Source of the DNA: Paraphysomonas bandaiensis | Lineage: Eukaryota > Protista > Chrysophyceae | Length of the DNA: 56,386 bases | Direction: 5' to 3' | NCBI GenBank assembly: GCA_965644295.1 | Contig: CBFFRP010000183.1 | Location: 1-56,386 of the forward strand | Shown here: piece after piece, positions 12,188 to 25,435 of the stretch | How the letters are laid out: each line of letters begins with the position of its first letter | How positions within the stretch are numbered: the first letter of the stretch is position 1 | Program-made: the position numbers and the translations under genes | The notes under the pieces: model-generated | What the model was told of the DNA's origin: nothing | The model's database searches: none | The model's input: only the letters and a program-made list of their open reading frames with translations

Positions 12188-13849
12188 ATGGCATTGGGTA
12201 GTATAAACACGCTTCTAGTGGTAGCGCTAGCGTTCCAGCTCAAGCAGCTTATCAGTGGACTAGAATTAGATGCTAGTAAAATAGTTCTCAGTGTTGCTAT
12301 TGACGGCGACTCACTTGAGATTCAAAGAGAGGGTCTGCGGTTGTTGCAGTCAATCGTGCTCTTTGGTGGTCGGTTGAATAGCGCGAGGAAAGTTGTCTGT
12401 GTTTCCCTTGATAAGAACCACGCAGTAAGCGATTATCTAATTAACGGCTTGGAGAAATTGAATGTTAGCGAAGTTTACTATTCTCAGCGTTACTCTCGTC
12501 CATCCCATGCGCCTAACCTAAATAAATTATGCTCTTTTGACCCCCCGGATTTACAAGATGATGAGTATTTGCTATATATGGATGCAGATGTATTTGTGGT
12601 ACAAGATCCCCTGCCCTTGCTGTCGAATTTGTTGCCAATCAACGACTCTGAAGTTTTATGTGGCAGACCTTGGAACACGTTTCCCAATATACAATTGTTT
12701 TCCTCGTTCGTTGGCGAAGACGTGTCAACACCGTTCTTCTTCTATGACACGCTAGAAGTGATATCTATTCCCGGGCGAACCTACTATGGTATGTGTAATA
12801 CGGGTGTATACTTTATGCAAGCAAAAGCTGCCCGGAGACTACTATCAATGGCATATAAATACTTACTTAAGGCGGAATCTGTACCCTTATATCGAAATAC
12901 AATCCCTTTCGCGCCGAATTACACCGGAATTGACTCTATTATTCTCTGGGCGGCACAATACGCCCTGAATTTCCATGTACGCATTCTTCCGGCGGGCCTT
13001 AATTACATCGCTGCTGCAGAAGAGTATCAGTCCAGATTCCTCCATCGGGATCCTGGCATTTTTGCCGTGGTAAATAATGACCCCAATGAATTATTAGAAC
13101 ACTGTCTTCCGCTAGCGTTTATACACTTTTCACGCGGCAGCGATTTACTGTTCGGGACAGATAGTACTACGAATACCTCTTGTCTTGTAAAAATGTTTCT
13201 CCATAACAGCTCTAATTCGTTGATAAGAGAAGTTGTTGGTTCGCTAGTCACTGTCGAAGAAAATTGTAGGCGTTTCGAGTCATTGTTGCGACCTTTTGAA
13301 GACACTGTTATTCGTACTAGTAGTAGGGCAAATAGTAATTTACAGACATCCTTAGTTGTGGAGAAGCGAGAAATCGTGTATCGTGTTGTTGATGTACAAA
13401 GTAAAGGAAGTGAGAGACGCTGTAGATCTCCCGTCGGAGATAGCTACCTTGGTTTTTGTAGTGATTGCTGTGTTCTTACTTTGAAGGCAGTCCCACATAT
13501 TACTGATGCAGATGTGAACTTCTTTTGGATAGTATTTGACGTTGTCATTCGCTGTGAGTCCAATCAGTGTCCGGCATATCGAAGCTCAAATCTAAGTTTT
13601 GCTAATGGTTCTGTCATGATTTCATTTGATAGTGGTACGTCCACTGCTGTATCTCGACTTGGGGGCGACGGAAGATTTGAATCTTTCGTACACTACAACA
13701 AGTTGATTCCAACAGGTATGGCATTGTCCAAGCAGCAGAAAGAGGTGGCTAGCGACCAGAACTTACCAGTACACATGAATATTACAGTGTGGAATAATGC
13801 TGAGCAAATGGTGTCAATGTTTTTGCTGGACGTGCTGGTGTGGGGCTGA
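12188..13849 (+). CDS. Secretory-pathway GT-A fold glycosyltransferase (GT8-like)
   Basis: N-terminal signal/anchor; LLQSI, NKL, YLLYMDADVFV (DxD), NTGVYF, LNY and FIHF motifs; 553-aa ORF. Confidence 0.7.
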   Translation: MALGSINTLLVVALAFQLKQLISGLELDASKIVLSVAIDGDSLEIQREGLRLLQSIVLFGGRLNSARKVVCVSLDKNHAVSDYLINGLEKLNVSEVYYSQRYSRPSHAPNLNKLCSFDPPDLQDDEYLLYMDADVFVVQDPLPLLSNLLPINDSEVLCGRPWNTFPNIQLFSSFVGEDVSTPFFFYDTLEVISIPGRTYYGMCNTGVYFMQAKAARRLLSMAYKYLLKAESVPLYRNTIPFAPNYTGIDSIILWAAQYALNFHVRILPAGLNYIAAAEEYQSRFLHRDPGIFAVVNNDPNELLEHCLPLAFIHFSRGSDLLFGTDSTTNTSCLVKMFLHNSSNSLIREVVGSLVTVEENCRRFESLLRPFEDTVIRTSSRANSNLQTSLVVEKREIVYRVVDVQSKGSERRCRSPVGDSYLGFCSDCCVLTLKAVPHITDADVNFFWIVFDVVIRCESNQCPAYRSSNLSFANGSVMISFDSGTSTAVSRLGGDGRFESFVHYNKLIPTGMALSKQQKEVASDQNLPVHMNITVWNNAEQMVSMFLLDVLVWG

Positions 13850-16339
13850 TGCTTTATTGTATTTCTATTTCATGTAGCAAACATGAGAATGGGTTATACT
13901 AGCATACAAGAGTATTCCTTTATTTAGTATGTATGTACTGTTGATAGAGTAAACGAAATTCTTCCACGACTTGTTATTGGTGCGAGTTATATTTCAGAAG
14001 ACGATACTACTTTTACTTTCCAACAGTAGCAGAGTCACAACACTTGTATGTATGTAAGTTTTCTTATATCGATGTGGTCTACATACGCTTACTTACTCTT
14101 TATCGAAAACAGCTGTAATACTATTTTACGGTTACTGTATACAACACTACGATGATATCGAGCGCAATGCTATATCTAGCGTGTTAAGTTGGACATATCA
14201 CTGACGTTAATCTGGTCTCTACGTATATCGTTAAACTTGCTCTTGGTTGTACACAATGACTCAAAGAATCCAAACTATTCGATTAAATAAAGAATTGATC
14301 TTTATAACAGTAAAACAATGTTGTGATTATTAGAGTGTAAGTAATGAACACGATAGAGTCAAAATTATGAATAACAATATAGAACATAGCTGTCATGCAC
14401 AACGGAATAGTTAGAAGTGTAACTGATAATGACGACGTTATGATGACGATCACGTATCTTCGACAGATACTCTCTCTAATTCAGTTCATGGCATATTTCA
14501 TTGAACATTATAACTCACAGATACAATCACATTAAGCTGAATCCTAATAGATTAGGGTTAGGGTTAAATTGGGTTACTAAATTGCATAAAGTGTCTTTTA
14601 TAATACATCATATTACTTGCTGAATGCTTGTTTATATGCTCTCCTTCCTCCAAGCCACTAATATTTCGGAGCAAGTATCTTGTACAGTCAGAATGTTTCA
14701 GCTTTGATGCATCAAGCAAACTGAAAATCCTTTCAAGATGCGATTAGGTTCCCAAACCAGTTGTTTTCAGTGTGTAGAGAGGTGTGTAAGAGGTTGTAGC
14801 GTGTTGTTGTCATACTTGTGCCTTATAATTCATAGTTAAATAAGTGATGCTGATAGATCCCCAGAGAGTAAGATTTCATCGATGTTTTCAAAGGTAACTG
14901 AAGGACATGCATGACGATTATGTTGATAGAAAGAATGGTCTACCAGCCTACTTCAGCATTGGAGAGATCGATGGAGTCCTGCCTATGCTGCTATATACCG
15001 CTCTTTAGCTTTGTTTTGACCTGATGTATGTTGCATTGGTTCTACGTCACCTGCTATGACCTCATGCTTCTGTAATGCGTAGCTATATGCGAGTACAATT
15101 CATGACTAGGTTTAATACTATAATTGGCTAGGTTGAGTCATTTATTGCTTAGACTATGTTTTTACACCGAAAATAATATGACAAGGAAATTCAACCAAAT
15201 TGACTAGAGGTTGAATAATATATCTCATTCACGATATGCTATGTAGGAACCATAAGATAAGCTGTCAAGAAAGAGAAAACTTCTTGTTGCCTTGCATTGA
15301 GGAGTAATTCCAACATCTTGTGTGAGATAAATATGAAAGAGATGGCGGTCGAATAGTTGGGGATGAATAATAAATTTGGTGTTGTGACCGACATGGGCGA
15401 ATATGACGACCATTTTACTGGCATCTTGCTTATTGACTATTTACACTAGCATACTGATACAGATCATAAGAGAAAATATTCGGGTAGTCTTCAGTTGTAC
15501 GACGAGGACAACATACTTTTAATAGTTTAGAGTTTACTCGTTGGTGAATAGCTTGACAGAGGCAGTACGAATTCTAATATCGAACATGAATAGCGTTCTT
15601 TATAGCAGGTAATTATCAGAAATTGTTTGATATTATAAAAATAGATGAGCTATGTGATTATAATAGTAATTTATGATTAATCAAATATATTTTCACAGAC
15701 ACACAAAACATGAGCAATATATATCAATAAATTTCCAATACGACTCGTGGGATGGTCTACGTATTGCCACATTGGAAGCATTTTCAGACCAGTGTGATTG
15801 TGTGGCTGTAGGGTCTCTACTGTTGACCTTCAAGTGCGTGTAAAGAGCCTACGGACATGGTCAGATGTTTGTAAACGAAGTAAAATATAACGCACATGGC
15901 GTCATCAAAGGTGCGACCTCAGGTAGGTATGTGGAATTAGCGCCACTAAGACGAACTGATGGTGCGAATGAAGTCAGTTTGTGTAATGGGTGAGTACATT
16001 ATAAGCAGGCATGAGTTGCATAGTACGTATGTGTATATGGCACCAATGCTGTGCTGATACAACAAGAACAATGTGGACTTTGTGCTGTGCTGTCCTGCGA
16101 TGATACGGCCGGGAGATACACATTAGCACGTTTCCATGAAATTTCAGCACCATTGTAGCAGTATTCCGTATTCTTCTCGTATTCTGGATATGGTCACATC
16201 TGCGCAGATGCGGATACACAGCCCAGCCTCCTCCCCTGCCTACAATGATGCGCATCACTGACACACCTCGATCTACACACCTCATAAAGACTTCTCTGGC
16301 AGCTGCAATTGCACACACCAGTATATCTGTGCGATAGCG

Positions 16340-18203
16340 ATGGAGCCCACAAGCGCATTTGTGTGTCCGTTGTTGACGGATATGTATCAGGTAATGGAGC
16401 GGCATTTCTGCAAATATTATTAAAACGCTTCCGTGTGTATCCACACGTGTTACAGGTCACAATGGCCTATGCATACTGGAAAGGAGATCGCGCCAATGAC
16501 CATGCTGTATTTGATTTATTTTATCGGAAACCTCCATTCAAAGGGGAGTATTGCGTATTTGCTGGGCTTGAAGAAGTTCTTCGGTTTGTGGAGACCTACA
16601 AGTAGGACTCTTATGTACAGTTTTGGTGCTATATAAGATTTGTCTGTACAGATTCTTACCATCGCATGTCGAGTACCTCAAAGATCTAATGCCAGCATGT
16701 GAAGATGCGTTTTTTGATTGGATGATGAATATCGACTGTAGAGATGTAAAGATATATGCCATGGACGAGGGCATGGTAGATAGCATCGCATTTTTGTATC
16801 AGCTAATCATGTGGGTGCGAGTAGGTAGCCTTTCCGAGGGAACCACTTATTCGTGTCGAGGGGCCGCTAGCAATAGTTCAACTGCTTGAGACAACTCTAC
16901 TGAATCTGGTCAATTTCCCAAGTCTAATAACTACCAACGCTGCACGCATGAGACAGGCAGCAGGCGAGAAGAAAAAACTTCTTGAATTTGGGCTCCGTCG
17001 AGCCCAGGTACATTGACTATTTTTTCCATGCAGCATTTGACTATTACCACCCCTAGGGTCCAGATGGAGCAATGTCTGCATCGAAGTACTCATACATTGG
17101 AGGATTTGACGGTACCAGCAATGTTCTCTCTGGCATGTTGACAGGCATTCCTGTAAAGGGCACGCATGCGCATTCATTTGTGATGTCCTATTCGGGGTTT
17201 TCAGACTTATCACGTACCACTATTTCCAATGCAGTCGGCAAGCAGGTTGAGTTTTTAGAGCTAGTGAAGAATAAGCGGAAGGCACTTGGAAGTACAGACA
17301 AACCAAATGATGGAGAGCTGGCCGCATTTGTGTCATATGCACAGTCTTTTCCCAAAGGTTTTCTTGCACTGGTTGACACTTATGATACTCTGATGTCAGG
17401 AGTACCAAACTTCTTAGCAGTGGGATGGGCACTTCACGACTTGGGATTCCAGCCATTGGGAATCAGGCTCGACAGTGGTGATCTGGCCTACCTCTCAATG
17501 GAAGCCCGCAGAATGTTTCGAGAAGCTGATCGAATCATAGGAGAGAATATATTTGAGACTTGTTCAATCATAGCCAGCAATGATATCAATGAAGATGTAT
17601 TATTGTCGCTTGGAAGATGTGAAAATGAGATTGATGTCTTCGGTAAGTTAAATCCTGCACCCTCTCTATGATTTGACACTGCCGATAGCTATTGGGACGA
17701 ACTTAGTAACCTGTCAGAGCCAGCCAGCACTTGGTTGTGTGTTTAAGTTAGTTGAACTCAATGGACAGCCCCGTATTAAGCTCTCTCAGGAGGTAGAAAA
17801 GACTGTTATCCCAGGCCGAAAGGATGTGTATCGATTAACTGGACCCCTATCTCCGTGTCCGCTAATTGACCTCATACAGCTCAGCTCAGAGGAGCCTCCC
17901 AAGTCTGGGCAGCGTATATTGTGTAGGCACCCCTTTCAAGAGAATAAGAGGGCGCATATTGTGCCAGCTCAGGTAACGCCTTTGCTATCCTTAAAATGGG
18001 ATGGACAGAATGGTGGACGCCAAGAAAGGCCACAGTGTGTCGAGACACTTCGGACACGTGTCGTGCAGCAGATTCGTTCCCTTCGTGCTGATCACCTCCG
18101 ACCACTTAATCCCACGCCTTACAAGGTTTCCCTAAACTCGAGCCTTTATGACTTTATGCATCAGCTTTGGATGAGTGAAGCACCTATCAGTGACCTGACG
18201 TGA
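16340..18203 (+). CDS. NAPRT: Nicotinate phosphoribosyltransferase, 6 exons
   Basis: Exons 16340-16390, 16456-16601, 16652-16775, 16825-17007, 17057-17642 and 17689-18203 join in frame via GT-AG introns. Motifs [51 protein letters not shown]. Confidence 0.97.
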
Positions 18204-18879
18204 TTGCTATGTAGGGTCGACCACTAACACGTAGTCAAACGTTATCGTTGCTGGAAATCCAAATTATTTCCATATTCAGCGTATGTAGTTACATGATTAG
18301 GATATTTTAGCAATTTCAGAGTATTAATGTGGAATTGATATGGACAAGTGTGTGCTCTGCTGCTGTCAGTTATACCTTGAAGTATTATTTTGCTCCGTGA
18401 ATAGAAGGATTTTTAACTTCTGTCAGATGATCTAAGTTCTTGGTATAGTATCCTATTATATCGAAACTATATTTACATTTTGCTATGGAACACTCAAGTT
18501 TTACTGCTGCTGTTGCAAATCAATGTGTCATCTCTTACCTCTTACTACGTGTACCTTAAAATTCGTAGTTCGTAGCACCGTGAAGTAATCCTTAATATTA
18601 TTGGAGATATATACTTCCAAGAAAGTATTATAATTATTAAAGTAACTCTCCACACAATATTAATGTTCTTCTTCGCCCTCATTTATTATTTTTTATGTTC
18701 ACCAGTCATTATATTATACCATATAGTCATACATACGTCATACATCAATACTGCGAAGCTAAATTCCTCATCCTACTGTAAGCAAAGAATTTGTAATCGT
18801 AAGATTATTTCTTCCCACGCTATATCCCAGGATATTAGCTACTATTATTGGCTATATACAAATAATATACTATTATTGG

Positions 18880-20247
18880 AGTTGAGGTTAACGCTGACAA
18901 TTTGCGACATTGTTGAGTTTTATCTTGGAGATAACTGTGCTACAAACAGAAAATTGGCTAATGATTCCGGTAACACCGTATTACTTGCGTGAAATTGTCG
19001 TATGTTATAATATATATTAGGTGTACCCCTAGTTGGATGTGCATCTCACCGACTAAATCTCGCTGTCAATGAACTCATTAGCAGCAAAGAGAAGAGGAAT
19101 AACAAGGAGATGTGACAAGATCTGACGAAGGCATTAGGCCTCTTATTCGCAAAATAGGCCTACTAATGGGGAAGTAGAAGCAGATTAAGAATGCTGCATT
19201 GCTACATGGCCAAACCAGTCTGCTACCAGAAAGGATAAATGTCACAAGATGGTCTTCTATTTATGTTTCAGGTTCTCGTAATGTGGATGCGTATATAAAA
19301 GATCATGAATTAAAAATTGAAGACTTACCGCTTGCAGTGACTGATATGATTCCTACTCCTCGACAGAATACCGAAATCATCGCCATTGTAGACGACCTGA
19401 GGAAGTTTGAAAGCGTCTCAAAATTGCTTCAAACTGAAGGATTAAGTCAAGTGAATCTTTATGAATGCCGGAACATTTTTGATGGCTTATTGAGGGACTT
19501 TGAGCCAAATAAGTATCTACTATCTGCTTTACAGAAAAACAGTTTCATTTTTAATGATCGAATTTCGAGAATGGAATTGCAAAACTCCAAGCAGGCGAAG
19601 AATTGGACTTGACAAAATCTGAGAAAGATGCTGTTAGAATATATCTCCGTTCAAACAGTGATTGTTGCAACAATACAGTACAGAGGATGATGAAGCTGGA
19701 GTTGGCTATATTTGCGGAAAAAATTCTTCAATCAGCGCGCTCAAAAACTTAAGAAACAGAAAGTTGAAATATCTAAGTATAGGTGCACGAGTCATGATGT
19801 AGTATGTACTTCCAATACACGTGAACGCCTGTTCAGCGCAGCAGAACTGATTATATCAGTGTTGCGCAAACGTATGCATCCTACTACTACACTTAATATA
19901 TATGCTGTTGTTTCTGAAAGCTACCCGACAGTTGTGGCCGGATGCAAGCATATTTCAATCAATATTGAATGATGATGTCACCGATGATGGCTCAGAGGAT
20001 GAGTATGAGGAAACTTTTACTTAGTTAAGAGTAGTGGGTTTGATTATCAAGTGACCTTAGACCTTATAATATGGCAAGTACTAAAAATGGAAACTACGGA
20101 TGTGTTTACTTACTGATTAGTCATACTAATATATTGCAATATTATATTGAAGTAGTATTGTAGGGCCGGTTTAAAAAATCCATCAATGCTATTGATGGAA
20201 CGCTATCATCTAACAATAGTATTGCAATATATTGTTCCCTATCCCTG
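18880..20247 (+). mobile_element. Degenerate hAT transposon (transposase pseudogene plus right TIR)
   Basis: GDNCATN, GCASHRLNLAV, NVTRWSS and SNTRERLFS (hAT dimerisation motif). Ends ..ATATTGTTCCCTATCCCTG, the same TIR as 31553-32342. Left end not found. Confidence 0.85.
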
Positions 20248-20460
20248 ATTTCACTGACTATTGTTAGAAAGAAGTATCATAATCAATTAATCCTATTAAT
20301 TATTATATTATATATATGCTCATTGTGGCATGATTAGAGGCTTGCGAAACAATTACTTGATTTTTAAGATAATAATTGGGAAGTGTTGCCCATTAATAGT
20401 AGGCTAGTAGCTTAATTATATATAACATCCTAAGCTGTATATAGCTGCACAAGAATAAAC

Positions 20461-21167
20461 TAGGGGCTGCTGGTAACCATTAAATATTGTGCTTCGATAT
20501 GAAGCAAGTAGTTGGACTCATAGGTACTATTGTCGAGCTCTCTTGGAGCCCTTGGCGCTGTCCAGAGCACGCTGTGCGAAATGAATTCCTTTTCTTTCTG
20601 TTGGATGCCCTAACATCAATAGATGAATTCAGTGGCAGATGTCAACTACTCTTCTCTCATTGCCTTAAACTTTTTCATTCGGGGAAAGGTATGGATGCAG
20701 CCCTGGAAATTCTTGTAGCACCTCTTTGCAAGAAGGCAAACGTAACACTTGGAATATATCAAGTTGCATCACATATTCATTCAGCACTCGAAAGGTAGCT
20801 GGAATACTAGGCGTTAGGGAAATTGCATTCGACAAGAAAAGGATGCAATTTGATGTACTTTACAAGAATATTGTGTATTGTTTCTCAGGAAACTATTTTT
20901 TATCTCTTATAGCATTAAGTTTGCTACTGATAATGAGCAAAGTTGTCACAAAGTAGCTATAGAGTTGCATAAACATTAATTGTTTAGAGTTTCTTCGGAG
21001 TATAGAGAAGATACTATATCTTTAAAACACTTAATTCTATATGTAGCATATATCAAGCACCAGTAAAAGCCATTAATAAGCGCCCAGTTTCCGGAAATTA
21101 TAATACCATTAATTTAAAATGTCCCGGAAATTATAGTGGCATTACAATTTACGGTTACCAGGCCCTG
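20461..21167. mobile_element. Non-autonomous hAT-type element
   Basis: Ends TAGGGG..CTGGTAACC and GGTTACCAGGCCCTG. 8-bp TSD GAATAAAC/GAATAACC (one mismatch). Related partial copies at ~40940-41189 and 45968-46165. Confidence 0.75.
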
Positions 21168-21578
21168 GAATAACCTCCTAAGTCAATGAGCATTAAATGG
21201 AGTTTACGACATGTTATGGCCAAGCAGTACATTGAATTGCCTACTTATCTGCGTGGTTGTGATTTAGATAGTGATGTGGAAACATAATTTATGTTTGCTA
21301 TGCACTCTTGCAACTACAGATTCAAGCCGAAGAACCTTATCCACTCTGATGGAAGGTTTTTCCTGATAGTAAACAAAATTGTAGCTACTTCTTAATTAGC
21401 CTATACACTGCTAGAAACTCTAGCTTGTGAAGTAACCAAGGACATCACGGCAATAACCACTGCATAGAACCGTATTACTTATATCCAACCATTAAAGTCC
21501 ACAAGTGCAGTATAACGTAATGATACTTCACTTTAATCCTTATGCACTACATGTCTACATGTTCATAGAGAAAGCCAA

Positions 21579-22646
21579 CTATAGCTGTGAATTAGAGTTA
21601 TTGCGTTGAGACGACAAAGGAGGCTTTGGCTGCCCAAATGTCTGGTATAGTAGAGACATTATGACAAACAGAAGAGTAAAGCAGCTCACAACCAAAGTTG
21701 ATATACCAATACGCAGCCGCCCATCGTCGTCATCGTCGTCTTCTAAATTGTTGTCGTTTTCGCCATATACACTGTTTACACAAGCATTTTCATCATTCTC
21801 AATTGATAGCTCATAGCACTGATACATGTGCGAGTCATCTGATGTAACCAATGTGTAAATGTCTTTATAATTTAGGCCTTGACCAAAATAATTGGCATCA
21901 GACACCTTGGAGTAATCAAATTCCGCAACATTTTTAAATGCCCACCACAAAGAATAAAAAGTGGTACTATTCTTAGCCACAAACAGATACAAACCCTCTG
22001 CAGTAGCTGATTCATACCAGTTAGATGCATACACTTGCCCGTTCGTAGAGAGAGCTCCTATATTAAATCCTGGGTATTGTGACTCAGAGTAGTAATAGGA
22101 CGATGAAGTGCCTCCGGATTCGACGTATATGAAACGGACACCCTTTCCGACTGGTTTGACCCATCTTCCAGTGTAGTCAAAGGAAATGGAAGACTCCAAC
22201 ATATCGTCGTCTGCTTTAAAACAATCAATATCCTCCGGTTCATCAGAAGAAGATCGATTTCCATACATGGAATAAACAATCCCAGGAGAGTCACTAAATT
22301 CTCCTGTATACGCTTTATCAGCACCAATGTCAATAACAGTTAGAGTAAATGTCCCGTAACGGCCTTCCCTTCCAGCAAGCCAATACTCGCCAGTCCAAGT
22401 AGAATCGTCAGATATTTCGCCTCTCATGTAACCAATCTCACTAAACTTGGCCTGTCCATAATATGAGTCACCAATTTGAGTAACACAGACTCTAAGACTT
22501 CCTCCGTATACTGAATCCATCCATGTGCCTCGCCACTCAGACTGTGCAACAGTTAAATGTTGAAACCCTTCTAGCCAGATATAAATAAGCACAATACGAA
22601 GTCGGGACGTCATGCAGCTCTGAATAAGATAAAGCAAGCTATCCAC
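21579..22646 (-). CDS. Type I membrane/secreted protein with a Trp/Tyr/Gly-rich beta ectodomain
   Basis: Probable signal peptide (MTSRLRIVLIYIWLEG..VAQ), repeated WxGxW/YTGxW strands, an acidic linker, and a C-terminal TM helix IGISTLVVSCFTLLFVIMSLLY. Confidence 0.75.
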   Translation of the reverse strand: MDSLLYLIQSCMTSRLRIVLIYIWLEGFQHLTVAQSEWRGTWMDSVYGGSLRVCVTQIGDSYYGQAKFSEIGYMRGEISDDSTWTGEYWLAGREGRYGTFTLTVIDIGADKAYTGEFSDSPGIVYSMYGNRSSSDEPEDIDCFKADDDMLESSISFDYTGRWVKPVGKGVRFIYVESGGTSSSYYYSESQYPGFNIGALSTNGQVYASNWYESATAEGLYLFVAKNSTTFYSLWWAFKNVAEFDYSKVSDANYFGQGLNYKDIYTLVTSDDSHMYQCYELSIENDENACVNSVYGENDNNLEDDDDDDGRLRIGISTLVVSCFTLLFVIMSLLYQTFGQPKPPLSSQRNNSNSQL

Positions 22647-23099
22647 GAAAGATGACTTTCAGACTGACGTTTTACCACTTTTATTCTCCAGAAAGCAGAG
22701 GAGAGTGCGAATGCTAACTCAACACTGGACGATACCGCCCATACCATACATGCGACCATGAAGCGAAAATAAGATCTTGAAAAAAAATGATATCCACGGG
22801 GGTAGGAAGGCCTACTCGTACGACGGTATTCCCTACGTCTTGACGTTGTAACACCACTCGTAATTATAATACAAGAGACAAAATGACAAAAGACTTTTTT
22901 TTCAGCGAAATTGTTTTTGTCCGGTGCAAATGGAGCTGATGTTTTAGTGCACACAGAAAGACAAAAGACAAAAAAGACAAAACAGCGATTTTTTAAAGAA
23001 TTTGCTTGAATTTCTGCTCAATCTCTGCTCGCTAGATCTCACTGAATATACTGCCAACCAAAGCATTAAGCATTGACACAAGTCACAAGTGACTATGTA

Positions 23100-23600
23100 A
23101 AGTTGATAGCATGATATTTCATGTGTGGGTGCATTGTCCCGAAAGCTATCTGTACAGGACATCCATGAGTAAACAGCTCATAAAGCAATCTCGAGCGTCC
23201 AGTGAGGATCGTATCTTTGCAATAAGAAATGTCTACGAACGGATTGACTACGATAACACGCCATGGGGACTCCTGCTGAGGAATGCAAGGATAAGAGACC
23301 CCACAACTCGTGAAGGTATGACTTTTGGTATTGTATTATGTACCATGTCACACTGCAACAGGCAAGCAATTTAGAACACGTCTTCGAATCCGTATCAAAT
23401 GTTTCAAGCACGATACTTTTTATTGTCTTGATTAGCATCATTATCACATTTATATAGACACGCTCAACCTCTGCAAGTGCACCTGATTTGAATGATGTGT
23501 GTATGGGATGAAGCACACAATCCTGATAAGCACGACGTGACGGAGAGCTGGGTGCTACTGCCCTTAACTGCCTATACACCATCAGATATGGCACTTAAAC
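23100..23600. pseudogene. Possible scrambled PIF/Harbinger-like transposase fragments
   Basis: IDYDNTPWGLLL..IRDPTTREG resembles N-terminal regions of such transposases. Weak evidence. Confidence 0.25.
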
Positions 23601-25435
23601 TCTCCTGTAATATTCTTGAACTTGTTTTGAAGTCCAGGTTATGAAGATAGATCGCATGCACTGACATCATTATGATCTTCCACAACAGACGAAGGATGGA
23701 CGATGACTTGGAGTGTTTGATGATCTCCTTTTGATAGTTGACTCATCATTGTAGTTTCTCTATAATTGTGTAATATAATGAAATCACATACATATGACTG
23801 TCAATATCATAATTGATAATTAAGATAGAAGTGAGTTTCTGTTAACCCAATATTGAAGTTGAATGTGTATATTTAGTTTATTACAATATGTTGCCAATAT
23901 GTTATATGTACAACACACACTACATTTCAGTTGTTTGTGAAGTTAGATCCCATTCAATATATCTGTGATTAAATGCAAGATAAAATGCACCTTACAGTTA
24001 GATCATGTGATAATTATTAGTCAATTGTAATAAACAAAGTTGTGATTTAAATTTATTCGATTATAACTACGCTTCATTATAACTAACGTGTATAATATAA
24101 TGTGACGATACATGCACCACACGAGATTGTAGGTATACAATAGTAACAAGTAACAACATATGTATAATAATAGAACTTGTATGGATAACAGAAAATCAAT
24201 CGGACCAAGATGATTACCATTGATTATCCTAACCCTAATAGTACTGCTGAACACGGAACACGCACACATTTGGACAGCACGCTCAATGTCTACGCACGAT
24301 AAACAGTAGATGTATGCCATTGAGCAGTAACAGTTCTATGTAATGAACCTCCCCAAACGTATGAATGGGCTGAATGCATGCGAAGAACTTACTTTGGAAG
24401 GTGGAGCTGAGGCAGCCAGCAGTCATCATGTGGAAGTATATAGTCAATATAATGAATCCAGGAAGAAAAAAAGCTACAGTAGGTGCTAAATCATATCAGA
24501 ACTCTCTGACCGAACAATTTGACTGTCCAAGTATGGGGAAAGGTCGGCTATGAATGACCTGGAGCATTGATATGCCTCTTTTCTCTTCATATCAAAGTTT
24601 AAAACGGATGTAGAATAAAATGAAGTCAAGAGAAGGGAGCAATGTATTCTATGTTCACTTCTTACTTATTGATGATCCGATATTGTCGATGTTGTCATAG
24701 CTACTGGACTGGTCAAAATGCCGCCATAAATATAAAATTCTGGGATCACCAAACTGATAAAGCAGGTAATCTGACTATAGTGGTATCAAAGGTGTATATA
24801 AAATTTGTCCTATATTAGATTGTATGCTCTGCACTCAACTATATTGTACTAATCGTACAAACAGTGCAAGTAAGTTTGTGCCACCGTGAATATTATATAG
24901 CTATTACAAGATATCGAGATATTATGTAAGCTTTCTAATGTTTCGTTTCCAATACACGCCCGTGGCATAGATACGGGTTTATCCTCTCCCTGTTGTATAT
25001 ACCACTAAAATTATATCTTGTTGGTGTGGGCTTATTGTGGTGAGTTGTTGTCGGCTTGTGGTGTGATGTATTGATGCTTTCTCTTAGCTATATAAAATGT
25101 TCGGAGTGGCAGACGTTACTATCCATCTGCTTACTGATTAATTTTGCGTCCTCCGTAATATATATGCTTGATCGAAGCAAGTTTATATTTTTTAACACTT
25201 TCACCTTTGGAGCACTTGCAGCTGATATTGCTATGCACAGGAGAAATGATCTGTGTACTAGTTTTGCATGCATGCCCTGTAATTAAGCATTTTTTGCTTA
25301 TTTCCTTTTACCCATGGCAAGGTTCAAGTCCGACTTTGTTGAGGGTAGAGAAACTGAAATACTTGGACTGTATAAGATCATGACTATCAAATATAATATT
25401 GATTGGTAGTTGAGAGATATATATTAAACGTCTTT

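Noticed and set aside
14552-14566. TTAGGG telomere-like repeat (also CCTAACCCTAA near 24228)
   Set aside because: Only about 2.5 units; too short to call an interstitial telomere.
15974-16460. Minus-strand ORFs overlapping the NAPRT 5' region
   Set aside because: No motifs; they overlap the well-supported plus-strand gene and its promoter.
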